Below, piece after piece: positions 1 to 9,403 of a stretch of 51,967 nucleotides of DNA. Origin of the DNA: an uncultured Gammaproteobacteria bacterium (GTDB taxonomy: Bacteria > Patescibacteriota > Microgenomatia > Levybacterales > UBA12049). Location of the stretch: the NCBI GenBank assembly GCA_964571255.1, contig CAZNAA010000001.1:82167-134133 (forward strand), in the 5' to 3' direction. The notes under the pieces were generated by a model that made no database searches, was not told where the DNA came from, and saw only the letters and a program-made list of their open reading frames with translations. Made by a program: the position numbers and the translations under genes. Each line of letters starts with the position of its first letter. Within the stretch, counting starts at the first letter, position 1.

Positions 1-79
1 GTGTTAGACCAATAATAATAGCAATCATGACACCTATTGCAGCCACCACAAAAATGAGTAATTTCTTATTAATAAGCAT
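1..79 (-). CDS. 5' end of a CDS running off the window (hydrophobic N-terminus, hypothetical membrane/secreted protein)
   Basis: Reverse-strand ATG at 79..77 opens MLINKKLLIFVVAAIGVMIAIIIGLT... with no stop before position 1. It is absent from the ORF track because it is truncated. Confidence 0.3.
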   Translation of the reverse strand, partial: MLINKKLLIFVVAAIGVMIAIIIGLT

Positions 80-140
80 ATCTTGAGAATAAAGAAATTT
101 ATAAAAGAAGTCAATTTGTATTACAGCTTTTTTAGAAGAC

Positions 141-1664
141 TTATAAGGAGAGTTTTGATCTTTTCTGAGCTTGTGAGGTGAGGTAACGGCTTTTATATTG
201 AATATTGTTCTTGCTACGCTCTTGATTTTTTTGTTCTGCTTGAGTATAAGGGTTATTCAATGAAGTAATTTGTTTTCTGCTAGTATCTTCTGGAAAAATT
301 AATAGAGGAGCTTTAATTTTTCCAGATGTTGTAATAAAGGTATATGGTTTTTCTACAGGTTGACTAGACACTTCTTTTGCGAATAATCCCTGGATAGCTT
401 TACTTTCCTCTATAGTAAGTGTTATACCACGTGCACCGTTTGTCAATTGCTTATTCCCAAGTGCTATATATGTAGGCGAAACATATTGTGCTCCCATTAG
501 AAATGTCCCAAGGCCCATTTTGTCAATGTATGATTTTGTACTTGGATCTTCTACTACAGCTTTGCTAATAGCTGTAAGAAGAGTAACTGCTCCTTTTTCG
601 TCAACAAGAACGTATCCCTGTCGATCAATGTTGAACATAATAGATCCTTTAACATAGTTACCTGGTCTCTCAAGAAGCTTATTATTAACCTCTACTATAC
701 TTCGAACTCCGTACATAGGTTCTATTTTAGTATCTACCATTTCTTGATCTCCTTTAAATGTCTCTAGTTTATGGCCTCTAACTGTATATTGTCCGCCACC
801 GGCAAAGACTAGTTTCTCATACCATCCAGGTACAGATTGATCAACTTTACTTGCTGCTTCTGGATTATGCGCTAAGAATCCTTTTTCATGGGTTATCATA
901 GCTAAATCAAACAATGCTTTTTCTGCCTCTGGATAACGAGGGTTTGTTTTAAATTCTATTTTGTCTAACCCCGCCTGTTCACCATTAAATTCAGACGTAT
1001 GAACAAAATTCTTTCTTCTTTCTTGTTCACTTATAATTTGCGCAGTACGATCAGGTGTAGGGGTAGCTATAGGTACTGTTGGAGTCGGTGCTTCTGTAAG
1101 AGTTACCTCCGGAGCTCTTGTAGGCGAAACTGTTGGTGTAGCAGTAGGCCTTATAGTAGGAGTGGATTCCAGAGTAGCAGTAGCTTGAACAATAGAAGGG
1201 ACTCCTCCAGGAATGACAATACCTGGTTCATTTGATTTGGGCTTGGGAGTATTAGGATTATTCTTATTATCGCTCTCTGCTCCTCCTCTGCTTGCAGCAA
1301 ATAGTCCAATAGCAGTTGCTAAAATTGCCGCACCTCCTGCCATTGTCCATCTTTTCCATCCTCCAATAGGTCGTATAGGCCCTGTAGGAAAAGGATATTG
1401 GTTAAAAGAAGAAGAGTCTAGGTCTCCAAAAGGTTGTAATGGCATTCTTCCTTCATCTACTGGGATACTAGGGGCGGAGATCACTTTTAACTCATTTTGT
1501 GTATCTTCAATTCTTGCAGCCCGCTTAGTAAAATCTTCTGATTGAGTGTCTGGGACGGAAGGAGAAGGGGAAGCAGCAGGTAATAATCCCTTACGTGCTA
1601 AGGTTCTCTCTTTTGGAGGTTCCATAATATTATATCCATTAAATTCTTCAGCCTTAAATGTCAT
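141..1664 (-). CDS. hypothetical single-pass membrane protein with Pro/Thr-rich linker and C-terminal extracytoplasmic domain
   Basis: 507-aa ORF. It has one hydrophobic helix (WTMAGGAAILATAIGLFAA) followed by a PT-rich linker (TPTIRPTATPTVSPTRAPEVTLTEAPTPTVPIATPTP). I recognise no catalytic motif. Confidence 0.6.
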   Translation of the reverse strand: MTFKAEEFNGYNIMEPPKERTLARKGLLPAASPSPSVPDTQSEDFTKRAARIEDTQNELKVISAPSIPVDEGRMPLQPFGDLDSSSFNQYPFPTGPIRPIGGWKRWTMAGGAAILATAIGLFAASRGGAESDNKNNPNTPKPKSNEPGIVIPGGVPSIVQATATLESTPTIRPTATPTVSPTRAPEVTLTEAPTPTVPIATPTPDRTAQIISEQERRKNFVHTSEFNGEQAGLDKIEFKTNPRYPEAEKALFDLAMITHEKGFLAHNPEAASKVDQSVPGWYEKLVFAGGGQYTVRGHKLETFKGDQEMVDTKIEPMYGVRSIVEVNNKLLERPGNYVKGSIMFNIDRQGYVLVDEKGAVTLLTAISKAVVEDPSTKSYIDKMGLGTFLMGAQYVSPTYIALGNKQLTNGARGITLTIEESKAIQGLFAKEVSSQPVEKPYTFITTSGKIKAPLLIFPEDTSRKQITSLNNPYTQAEQKNQERSKNNIQYKSRYLTSQAQKRSKLSL

Positions 1665-1869
1665 AAATTCCTCCTATAGTATCATAAATAATAAGAAAAA
1701 GCTATAGGACAGTTATTTTTTTTAGTGTTTTTTTTAAGCTTGAATTTAACTTTCTGCCTCAGAGTATAATGGATTTGTAAGAATGTCAAGTGTTTATTTA
1801 TAAGAAATTGATTAGAGATATGGATATTGTCTATTTTACAGCTAATAGAGAGAAAATCTGATAATATAA

Positions 1870-3120
1870 GTGTATTCTATGCAATTTATTTATCTCCGTT
1901 TCCCAAAACGACTCATTCATTTTTTTCTTCTTTTGTTCGTTCTTTGCGATATTATTCTTATTGGTATTCTTTTGTCCCCCAGATTTCAACTACAAAAAGT
2001 GAGTGCAGGAGAATTAGAAAAAGTGGGGAATAAGATAGTTCAGATGTGTGATAACAAATCAGGCAAAGGTGGATGGAGAGATTGTTATGGGAGACAACTT
2101 GCAGAGTTTACAAAAAAGCAGTCATTTAGTGATGTAATGCGACTACTAGCAGTAATTCAAAAAAAAGATGCTAATACGAGAGACTGTCATATCCTTGCTC
2201 ATCGAGCTGTTGCTGAAGAAGTTGCTAAAAACCCAAGTAACTGGTCAGATGTTCTTGATGTAATTAGGCCAGATATGTGTAATTATGGGTTTATTCATGG
2301 GATCGTTGAAGCCCGTTCACGGTTTGATAACACATTTATCTTAAACGATAAAACAATCCCAGCTTTTTGTGAAGAGGTAGTAAGAAAGAAAAATATGCAG
2401 TCATTAGATCAAACCTGTGCTCATATTATGGGGCATGTATTACTGGCTGAGGAAAAAGGGGACATTAACGCTGCTGTCTCGATTTGTGATAAGTTGCCAG
2501 TAACCTTGCAATATCAATGCTACGGAGGAACATTCATGGAAAATTTTACTCGTGATAATCTAGTTGCTCATGAGGTCGCTGAATATATTCCTTGGTCTTG
2601 GGAAAACACTTTGCTACAAGAGGGTATCTGTAATAAGTATTCAGGCTTAACTGCAAGAGGTTGCTGGATGGAGATTTCACATATGTATAACAATCAATTT
2701 ATGTATCAACCAGAGAAGATTTTTGAACTATGTTCTCGGTCTCTTCAAGATGATTTCAGAGATGAATGTTATCTTCATGGAACTGCCACTCTTATTCAAC
2801 AGGGGAATCCGACTGATTCTTATCTTAGTTCTTTGTGTCAGCCGTATATTTTAGATAAGAAGTTGTATCCACGCTGTGTAAACGGAATAGTTACTGGTCT
2901 TCTCTACTCTTCAGCAGATTTTGCAGATAGAGCTATTCAAATGTGCTCGGTTACGCTTGATACATATAAAGAGGATTGTTATCGTCAAGTAGGAAGGGTT
3001 TTGAGTCGAGTCATATCAAAAAATGATGTACAAAAAGCATGTGCTACAGTTCCACCTCCTTTTAACTCTGTATGTTCATGTCCTACTTGCACTCTGAAAA
3101 AAGAAGAAAAAAGCAGTTAA
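1870..3120 (+). CDS. membrane-anchored Cys/His-rich repeat protein (paralog A), function unknown
   Basis: 416-aa ORF with an N-terminal TM helix. It carries about 7 units of C-x(10-16)-C-[YWVA] plus the motifs CHILAH and CAHIMGH, and it aligns with the next ORF. The ATG at 1879 is a likelier start than the GTG at 1870. Confidence 0.6.
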   Translation: MYSMQFIYLRFPKRLIHFFLLLFVLCDIILIGILLSPRFQLQKVSAGELEKVGNKIVQMCDNKSGKGGWRDCYGRQLAEFTKKQSFSDVMRLLAVIQKKDANTRDCHILAHRAVAEEVAKNPSNWSDVLDVIRPDMCNYGFIHGIVEARSRFDNTFILNDKTIPAFCEEVVRKKNMQSLDQTCAHIMGHVLLAEEKGDINAAVSICDKLPVTLQYQCYGGTFMENFTRDNLVAHEVAEYIPWSWENTLLQEGICNKYSGLTARGCWMEISHMYNNQFMYQPEKIFELCSRSLQDDFRDECYLHGTATLIQQGNPTDSYLSSLCQPYILDKKLYPRCVNGIVTGLLYSSADFADRAIQMCSVTLDTYKEDCYRQVGRVLSRVISKNDVQKACATVPPPFNSVCSCPTCTLKKEEKSS

Positions 3121-4247
3121 TTAGTATTTTGTTAGTGGGCTTTTTAGGAATTAATGTTGTTTTGCTCTGTATTATAATTCAAGGAAAGTTGTTTCAGTCT
3201 TCTGTTGTGAACAAAGAGCTTATTGCGCAGCAACTCTATGAAAATTGTTCACAAAGAGGAGAAAAAGGAAAGTGTTATACAGACCTTTTTGCAGATATTG
3301 CAAAAAAATATCCATTGCAAATCTCTGAGGAGATTCTTCACATATTGCAAGGAAAAGATACAACAGTCGAATATTGTCATGGAATTGCTCACAAGATTGC
3401 TAATATTGAGGTCGAAAAGGATAGTAAAAATTGGCTTGACTTGTTTAGGTTCGTTGATCTTAACGCTTGTTCAAGAGGGTATTTCCATGGGGTTATAGAA
3501 GGGTATACGAGGTTTAATCCTCAGTATGTGCTGAATGAGGACAATATTCCTCCTTTGTGTACTGATATTTCAGAGAAAGTTAAAGAAAGAGTGGAAAAAT
3601 CTCATGCTGTAAGAATTTGTCTTCACGCGATAGGTCATATGCTTCTTGTTCAAGAAAAAGGAGAGGTAGAGAAAGCGAATACTATTTGTAGTAAGTTAGG
3701 AAAAGAAAAAGAATACGAATGCTTTGTTGGTGTATTTATGGAGTTTCTTGGGAGAGGAAATTTAATTATTCATGAAATTCTACCAAGGCTGCAATGGTCT
3801 GAGGAGGCAGTACCTTTCATTACAGACCTTTGCTTAAAGCAAACGGATAAACAAATAATTATTGCTTGTTGGCAAAGTACGAGTGAGATGTATGCTTCTA
3901 TAAGTCGTTCAGCAGACAGCTTACATATCTTTTGTGATAAAGCTCAAACGTATGAAGCTAAAGTAAAATGTAAGGTGCAAGGGACTGGATTTCTCGGATT
4001 TCTTTTTAACTCGAGTAATGAAGATACATCGTCACTGTGTTTTAAATTTCAAACTGTAGCAAAAGAGTACACGCAGTGTATTGAAATGGTAATACAGTAT
4101 ATAAGAAATTCTACTTCATCAAATAGGTCAAATGAGTTAACGCTGTTTTGTGAGAAGCAGAATGAATTTGCAGCAGTGTGTTTTTCGTACTTGGAAAGAA
4201 TTCAAGACAAACAACGCTCTCCAAATCTTTTAGAAGAAAGAAGCTAG
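3072..4247 (+). CDS. membrane-anchored Cys/His-rich repeat protein (paralog B), function unknown
   Basis: 391-aa ORF with an N-terminal TM helix. Motifs CHGIAH, YFHGVIEG, CLHAIGHMLL and ECFVGVFMEF are collinear with paralog A (CHILAH, FIHGIVEA, CAHIMGHVLL, QCYGGTFMENF). The start overlaps the end of paralog A. Confidence 0.6.
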   Translation: MFMSYLHSEKRRKKQLISILLVGFLGINVVLLCIIIQGKLFQSSVVNKELIAQQLYENCSQRGEKGKCYTDLFADIAKKYPLQISEEILHILQGKDTTVEYCHGIAHKIANIEVEKDSKNWLDLFRFVDLNACSRGYFHGVIEGYTRFNPQYVLNEDNIPPLCTDISEKVKERVEKSHAVRICLHAIGHMLLVQEKGEVEKANTICSKLGKEKEYECFVGVFMEFLGRGNLIIHEILPRLQWSEEAVPFITDLCLKQTDKQIIIACWQSTSEMYASISRSADSLHIFCDKAQTYEAKVKCKVQGTGFLGFLFNSSNEDTSSLCFKFQTVAKEYTQCIEMVIQYIRNSTSSNRSNELTLFCEKQNEFAAVCFSYLERIQDKQRSPNLLEERS

Positions 4248-4732
4248 GGAAGAAGATAGAAGTATCCTGCAATCGCACTCTCTGTTCCACATCGGTATGC
4301 ATACGCTCCTAATCCTTTTGTAGCTGTAATGGTAATTTTTTTCTTCTCTTTTGGAGCAATAGAATAGGGAGTATCTCCATATTTAATAATAGCATGTGTA
4401 GGCATATTATTTACAAGAAGAACTGAAGATTTATTCTTCATTTTTATAATTCTAGGTTCTGTAGTACACGTACCTGAAATAGTCATTGTATCTGTTACAA
4501 CAGCAGCATTTCGAATTTCAGTATCTCGTTGAGTTCTTTGGTCTCTGGTTGCGTTTTGTGGAAGAGGAGTGAATAGAGATGTTGTTTCTGAAGTATTTTG
4601 GGTACTTGAAGAAGGAGTATTTGTTATGTTTGATGTCTTTTTAGGAAAGATATAGGGATATGCAAGATAACTTAACATTGCTGTTATCAATAATAATACA
4701 AAAAAAAGAGAGAGATACCCTTTATTACTCAT
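4244..4732 (-). CDS. hypothetical membrane-anchored small beta-rich protein
   Basis: 162-aa ORF with an N-terminal TM helix, a Ser/Thr-rich linker and a C-terminal region of about 90 aa that looks beta-rich. It sits in the same strand block as the cupredoxin-like gene. Confidence 0.5.
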   Translation of the reverse strand: MSNKGYLSLFFVLLLITAMLSYLAYPYIFPKKTSNITNTPSSSTQNTSETTSLFTPLPQNATRDQRTQRDTEIRNAAVVTDTMTISGTCTTEPRIIKMKNKSSVLLVNNMPTHAIIKYGDTPYSIAPKEKKKITITATKGLGAYAYRCGTESAIAGYFYLLP

Positions 4733-4753
4733 CCTTTATATCATATCAACTTC

Positions 4754-6289
4754 TTAGAGTCTGTCAATATTTTTAAATACAGTAATAGTAAGTGAGGGTG
4801 ATGAGTAAATAACTTCTGTTGTTTTTTCTATAGCACATATAGCTTGAGTAGGATGATAACATACAGTAAACTGAAGAGGTGATGGTAAAGAAGCAATTTG
4901 ATAAATTCGATTTGGGTCATTTTTGAGAAATAGTATTTTTGTTTCTAGACGATATTCAAGTGGAGTGAGAAGGACTGTGTCAGAGATAAAGTGAAGCTGT
5001 CTTTCTGATTTGCTTGCATGTGGATAAAATGAAGAAAGTGTAAAAAAATAAAAGTCAGGATAATGCATTTTCTCTTTTTCTTTTCTAATATACTTTTCAA
5101 GGGCTTCTATTCCTTGAGTAATTTCAGCTTGTTGGTTAGTTAATCGATTAGTATTAGTTAATCGGGTATAGGTATTTATTACTTGTGGAAGAAGAACTAG
5201 AGAGCAAGATGTAACAACAAGACCTACTCCAATGTGTTTCCAAGAAATCTGTGTCCAACCTCTCCAGATGATACCTAAACTATAGGTGAAAAAAGGAATG
5301 GCAAGAAGAAAGAAATACACCCCATGTTGAAATCGGGAAAAACTCATACTAAAAAGATAGAGGTTAATTCCTAGAAATAATATAAAGAAGTATCGTTTAT
5401 ATAAAACATTTTGCTCAAGTAAAAAATAAACTAGAGACGAGATAAGAATAAAGCACATAAAAAACCAATTACCATAGAGGAGATGTGTATAGAAAAGAGA
5501 GTAAGTGTTGATAACTTTTTTAATAGAAAAAAGTTCCTCGAGAGGAATTTGAGAAGTGAACTTAGTTTCTGAACCAATATAATAAAAAAGGATTGGGAAG
5601 TGGGTAAAAAGGAGACATAGAAAAAAAAGAATATATCCTATTAGAATTTCTTTTACTGAAATAACGTTCTGCTTCCACAGCAGAAAAATGAGAAAGAACA
5701 TCCAGAAAGTAAAACCAAGCGTACTTGTATGGAAAGTAATGCTTAAAGAAAAGAGAATAAGGGAAAGGTAATAGAAGTATTTTTTTTTCGTGAAGTAAGC
5801 AAACGATAAGAAAATAAACGTGCCTGTGATAAGTGGAAGCGCAAAAAGCGGTAACCATACAAGTCCTGTGTATTGGTGAACTAAGCTCGTTGTAAGATAG
5901 ATCGCTCCAAATGATATTGCAGTGCATATTCCAAACTGTTTCATTAAAAAATATAAACTTACGCAAAAGGTGATTGTTAAAAGTAAGATACTTATAATTT
6001 GAAGAGTAAAAAAACTATCGTATATCAGAAGAAAAAAAGCAAGAAAATAAAAAAAGAAAGGACTATATTTAATGATATCTTTTGTTCCGCTATTATATGG
6101 ACCCAATAATGGATATTCCTGATACTTTATTATGTGACTCGAAATCGTATAGTGAGCCATATCATCTCCCTCAGTTCTTAGAGAAGAAGAAAGTGATTGA
6201 GTAGTTTGAATTAAAAAGAAAAAAAGAAAAGAACTAAGAAGAATAAAAAGAAAGATAAGAAACCTAAGTCTCTTTATGAGAGTGATCAT
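4754..6289 (-). CDS. polytopic membrane protein, GT39/ArnT-like (PMT_2-type) glycosyltransferase candidate
   Basis: 511-aa ORF with more than 10 hydrophobic segments over the first roughly 370 aa and a soluble C-terminal domain. This architecture is typical of GT-C glycosyl/arabinosyl transferases. The assignment rests on architecture only. Confidence 0.5.
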   Translation of the reverse strand: MITLIKRLRFLIFLFILLSSFLFFFLIQTTQSLSSSLRTEGDDMAHYTISSHIIKYQEYPLLGPYNSGTKDIIKYSPFFFYFLAFFLLIYDSFFTLQIISILLLTITFCVSLYFLMKQFGICTAISFGAIYLTTSLVHQYTGLVWLPLFALPLITGTFIFLSFAYFTKKKYFYYLSLILFSLSITFHTSTLGFTFWMFFLIFLLWKQNVISVKEILIGYILFFLCLLFTHFPILFYYIGSETKFTSQIPLEELFSIKKVINTYSLFYTHLLYGNWFFMCFILISSLVYFLLEQNVLYKRYFFILFLGINLYLFSMSFSRFQHGVYFFLLAIPFFTYSLGIIWRGWTQISWKHIGVGLVVTSCSLVLLPQVINTYTRLTNTNRLTNQQAEITQGIEALEKYIRKEKEKMHYPDFYFFTLSSFYPHASKSERQLHFISDTVLLTPLEYRLETKILFLKNDPNRIYQIASLPSPLQFTVCYHPTQAICAIEKTTEVIYSSPSLTITVFKNIDRL

Positions 6290-6290
6290 A

Positions 6291-6671
6291 CTACTTAACA
6301 GTAATCTTACCTACTTGTTTTGGGAAAAGGTGGTCATGGAATTTCCAAGTCCCAGGTTTAGTAAACGTAAAAGACCAGGATGATCCTGAAGCTACCGGTT
6401 GTTTGGGATCAAACTCGGGATAGATTCCATGTGTGGGGTGCATGTCTGATGCAGGCCATCTTTCTGTGGAACTTTTATTCTCAAAACGAACAAGAGTACA
6501 TTTAGTAATAGATAATTCATCAGGAGAGAACCCTTCATTCGTTATGGTAATAGTTTGTTGGTTTTGCAGAAGACAGAGTGAGTCGGGCATATAGTTTTTA
6601 AAGTAATAGAGGCCTCCTGCAAGAAGAATAAGGGGAAGAAAGGGAATAAAGTGCTTTAAATGATCCTTCAT
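6291..6671 (-). CDS. cupredoxin-like domain protein, membrane anchored
   Basis: 126-aa ORF with an N-terminal TM helix. The body ITITNEGFSPDELSI...VRFENKS...SWSFTFTKPGTWKFHDHLFPKQVGKITV fits a cupredoxin beta-sandwich pattern. The canonical Cys ligand is absent (FHDH in place of a C-x-x-H motif). Confidence 0.6.
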   Translation of the reverse strand: MKDHLKHFIPFLPLILLAGGLYYFKNYMPDSLCLLQNQQTITITNEGFSPDELSITKCTLVRFENKSSTERWPASDMHPTHGIYPEFDPKQPVASGSSWSFTFTKPGTWKFHDHLFPKQVGKITVK

Positions 6672-6801
6672 AAGAAAAGTATACTCTAGTAATTTGGTAG
6701 ATAAAAGTAGAAGTTTAACTATATTTCATCAGTCAAGGATTATTCTTAATCTTGTGTATAGTTTTTCTGAAGAGTACAATAATCACACTTGCCTATTGGT
6801 C

Positions 6802-7977
6802 ATGGTAAATTTTGAGCAGGAAAAAGCGAAAGTAGGGATTATAGGAACAGGCTTTATTGGGTCTGGACTTGCATACAGCCTAGAGTGTCATAGAAATGTT
6901 GCTGTTTCTGCTATTCTTACTAGAAGGAATCCATCAGAGATAAAACACCTTCCTCCAGAAAAAGTTACAGATTCTTTACAACAAATTATTGAAGAGTCAG
7001 ATGTTGTAGTAGAGTGTAGTGGTGACCCTCTTTATGCCACAGATTCAGTATATAAAATTCTTCAAGCTGGGAAACGAGTTATTAGTATGAATGCTGAAAT
7101 GCAAGTAACCTCTGGAAGTTGGTTATCTCAACGAGGATATCTCACTGAAGCAGAAGGAGATCAACCAGGTAGTTTAGCTGCACTTCGAGAAGAAGTCTTA
7201 GAAATGGGTTTTGACCCCATAGTTTATGGGAATATTAAAGGATTCCTTAACCATACTCCAACAAGAGAAGAAATGGAATTTTGGTCAAAAAGACAAGGAA
7301 TAAGCTTAGAACAAGTTACTTCTTTTACAGATGGAACTAAAATTCAAATAGAACAAGCTTTGGTTGCGAATGGACTAGGAGCAAGAATAGGTCAGCGAGG
7401 TATGTATGGAATCTCAACTGATGGATATCAAGAAGGTGGGAAATTATTAGGAGAAAAAGCGGAAGAAATTGGTGCCCCAATCAGTGATTATGTCCTTTCA
7501 CCAAAATCCCCAGCGGGAGTGTTTATTACCGCAACTCATCCAGATGAGAGACAAGCAAGTTATTTAGCCTATTATAAAATGGGAGGTGGTCCTCACTATG
7601 TTTTTCTTCGTCCTTTCCATCTTTGTCATTTAGAAATTATAAAAACAATAGAAAGAGTACTTGGTGATGGAGGCATATTACTTAATAATGGAAAAAATCC
7701 GACTGTAAGTGTGGCAACAGTTGCTAAACGTCCTCTTAAAAAAGAAGAAATAATTAAACGTGGAATTGGAAGTTTTGATGTTCGTGGGGAAGCCGTAGAG
7801 ATAAAAGATGCTGTTAACCATTTACCAATAGGACTGGTTTTTGATGTAAAATTGAAATATGATATTGCTCAAGGAGCAACAATTACATTTGGAGATGTTG
7901 AAATACCTGAAAGTATGGCTCTTCTTGCTTGGAAAGAAACAATAAATAACAGTGAAAGAACAACGACCTCAAACTAA
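6802..7977 (+). CDS. NAD(P)-binding oxidoreductase with C-terminal SAF domain (COG4091-like, homoserine-dehydrogenase-like)
   Basis: Rossmann motif VGIIGTGFIGSGLA lies right after the ATG at 6802. The C-terminal VAKRPLKKEEIIKRGIGSFDVRGEAV is SAF-like. The ORF-track start at 6694 is a TTG, adds 36 non-conserved-looking residues and leaves only 22 nt of spacer to the divergent upstream gene. Confidence 0.6.
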   Translation: MVNFEQEKAKVGIIGTGFIGSGLAYSLECHRNVAVSAILTRRNPSEIKHLPPEKVTDSLQQIIEESDVVVECSGDPLYATDSVYKILQAGKRVISMNAEMQVTSGSWLSQRGYLTEAEGDQPGSLAALREEVLEMGFDPIVYGNIKGFLNHTPTREEMEFWSKRQGISLEQVTSFTDGTKIQIEQALVANGLGARIGQRGMYGISTDGYQEGGKLLGEKAEEIGAPISDYVLSPKSPAGVFITATHPDERQASYLAYYKMGGGPHYVFLRPFHLCHLEIIKTIERVLGDGGILLNNGKNPTVSVATVAKRPLKKEEIIKRGIGSFDVRGEAVEIKDAVNHLPIGLVFDVKLKYDIAQGATITFGDVEIPESMALLAWKETINNSERTTTSN

Positions 7978-9211
7978 TATACCTCCTTTCCTTGCTGATA
8001 CATGGTGGTATGGAATGACAACTCGTTTTTCTGATAAAGAATTTGTTTCCTTGGCAAAAAAACGTAAAGAACAAGGCTTTTCTGCAATCCAAATAGTAGT
8101 TGGAATCCCTCCAGAAGTAGGGCTTAGCCATCCCTCAGCAGCGAGTGAATATGGTCCTGCCTGGAATCTTAGAGGAGAGGTTAATAAACACTATTTAGAT
8201 TATGCAAGAAAAAGAGTTGAAACATTAAACTCTTTGGGTTTACTTGCAATTATATATGGCGCATGGGGATATCAAATTGAATGGTTAGGAGTAGAAGGGA
8301 TGGTAAACTGGTGGAAAGAAATTATTAGAACCCTTGATAAGTTGGATGTTTTATATTGTCTTACTGGAGAAAGTGATCTCTGGGTACGAAGAGAGAAACA
8401 ACTATTGCCAAACAAAACAACTGATATGTTAGGTAATCAAAGAGTTGGAAAAATATTACCAGGAAGAGTACGTAGCCTAATAAAACGAGCAGTAGGTTAT
8501 ATTGAATCCCCCCTTTTTGTAGCAGGAGAAAAAGAAAGGCAACAAAAATGGAGTAATGTTCTTGCGTCTGTGCGTCCACTGACTAACAAGCCATTCTTAA
8601 TCCATCCTCTTCCTGGAGAAGTAAGTGAAGATATAGTAAGAGATCCAGAAGCGCTTGATGCTGTTACTGTACAAACAGGTCATGATAAAGGTGCAAAAAA
8701 TCAGTTATGGCAACTCCCTTATGAAGCAATGCGGGAGTATCCTCAGAAACCTTTCATAAATTTAGAACCTTGGTATGAAGGAATAAGGAATGACTTTTAT
8801 ACTGGAGATCAACTATATGCTTACTGGTCTTCAATGATGAGTGGTGCTACTGCTTACTGTTACGGGGCACATGGAATTTGGAATGGAGGAGACGGGAAAT
8901 TTCTCGCACATTGGGGGAAACAAACATTTTCTCAAGCAGTAAAGTTAGTAACACCAGGATTGCTTGGGAAAAGTCATGAAGTCTTTACTAGTCAAATACA
9001 GGGGAAGTTTACAAATATTCAGATAGTTCAGCAGAATAATAAGTTACTTCAAATCACTCGGCAAGATTCTCATAAGAGATGTATTCATTTTATTCCTGAT
9101 GTAACTAAAATGTACAAAGTACAGCATGAAGGAGAATTTTTTGATCCTATATCAGGAGAGTGGAAAACAAAGATTCCACAACAAGGGCCTGTAGTAATTT
9201 TTCCAAGATAA
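7952..9211 (+). CDS. DUF4038/GH140-like TIM-barrel glycoside hydrolase family protein
   Basis: The N-terminus PFLADTWWYGMTTRFSDKEFVSLAKKRKEQGFSAIQIVVG matches the family signature I recall (DTaW ... R..GF..iQ). This is an assignment from memory. Confidence 0.5.
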   Translation: MKEQRPQTNIPPFLADTWWYGMTTRFSDKEFVSLAKKRKEQGFSAIQIVVGIPPEVGLSHPSAASEYGPAWNLRGEVNKHYLDYARKRVETLNSLGLLAIIYGAWGYQIEWLGVEGMVNWWKEIIRTLDKLDVLYCLTGESDLWVRREKQLLPNKTTDMLGNQRVGKILPGRVRSLIKRAVGYIESPLFVAGEKERQQKWSNVLASVRPLTNKPFLIHPLPGEVSEDIVRDPEALDAVTVQTGHDKGAKNQLWQLPYEAMREYPQKPFINLEPWYEGIRNDFYTGDQLYAYWSSMMSGATAYCYGAHGIWNGGDGKFLAHWGKQTFSQAVKLVTPGLLGKSHEVFTSQIQGKFTNIQIVQQNNKLLQITRQDSHKRCIHFIPDVTKMYKVQHEGEFFDPISGEWKTKIPQQGPVVIFPR

Positions 9212-9364
9212 TAAAGTACTGTGATCGTGAACAATAGTAAGCCGTTAAGAAAGTATAAAAGGAAGTATTTTAGATAACTATAATGAAAAGAGTACAGGAT
9301 TGCTAGAAAAGATATTTAAAAATACCCAGGTTACTGGATAATCTTATTTATGTGAATAGACTAC

Positions 9365-9403
9365 TTGACAAGTACTATAAATAGTTATAACATTGTTATA
9401 ACT
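9365..9403 (+). promoter_or_regulatory. promoter (-35 TTGACA) plus perfect 9-3-9 palindromic operator of the AbrB-Doc module
   Basis: TTGACA at 9365..9370. AGTTATAAC (9383..9391), ATT, GTTATAACT (9395..9403) form a perfect palindrome that abuts the ATG at 9404. Confidence 0.55.

Noticed and set aside
999-1545. Two + strand ORFs (78 and 110 aa) inside the 507-aa minus-strand gene
   Set aside because: Both are fully nested antisense to a much longer ORF. Their Cys/Arg/Ser-rich or low-complexity composition is typical of shadow frames, and neither has an SD.
3223-3498. 91-aa + strand ORF nested in paralog B
   Set aside because: It is an alternative frame inside a longer ORF whose frame is supported by paralog conservation.
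4737-4750. Exact 14-mer TATATCATATCAAC shared by the intergenic regions at 4737..4750 and 21807..21820
   Set aside because: In 52 kb of AT-rich DNA a few exact 14-mer coincidences are expected by chance. The orientation relative to the flanking genes differs, and no extended similarity surrounds the match.
5562-5966. 134-aa ORF in an alternative frame on the same (minus) strand, nested in the polytopic membrane gene
   Set aside because: It is an alternative frame of the long AT-rich, Phe/Leu-rich membrane-protein gene, with no independent signals.
6694-6801. TTG start extending the SAF oxidoreductase by 36 codons
   Set aside because: The extension precedes the Rossmann motif by an atypical length, uses a rare start codon, and leaves only 22 nt of spacer to the divergent upstream gene (6291..6671). 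The ATG at 6802 places GxGxxG at the usual distance.
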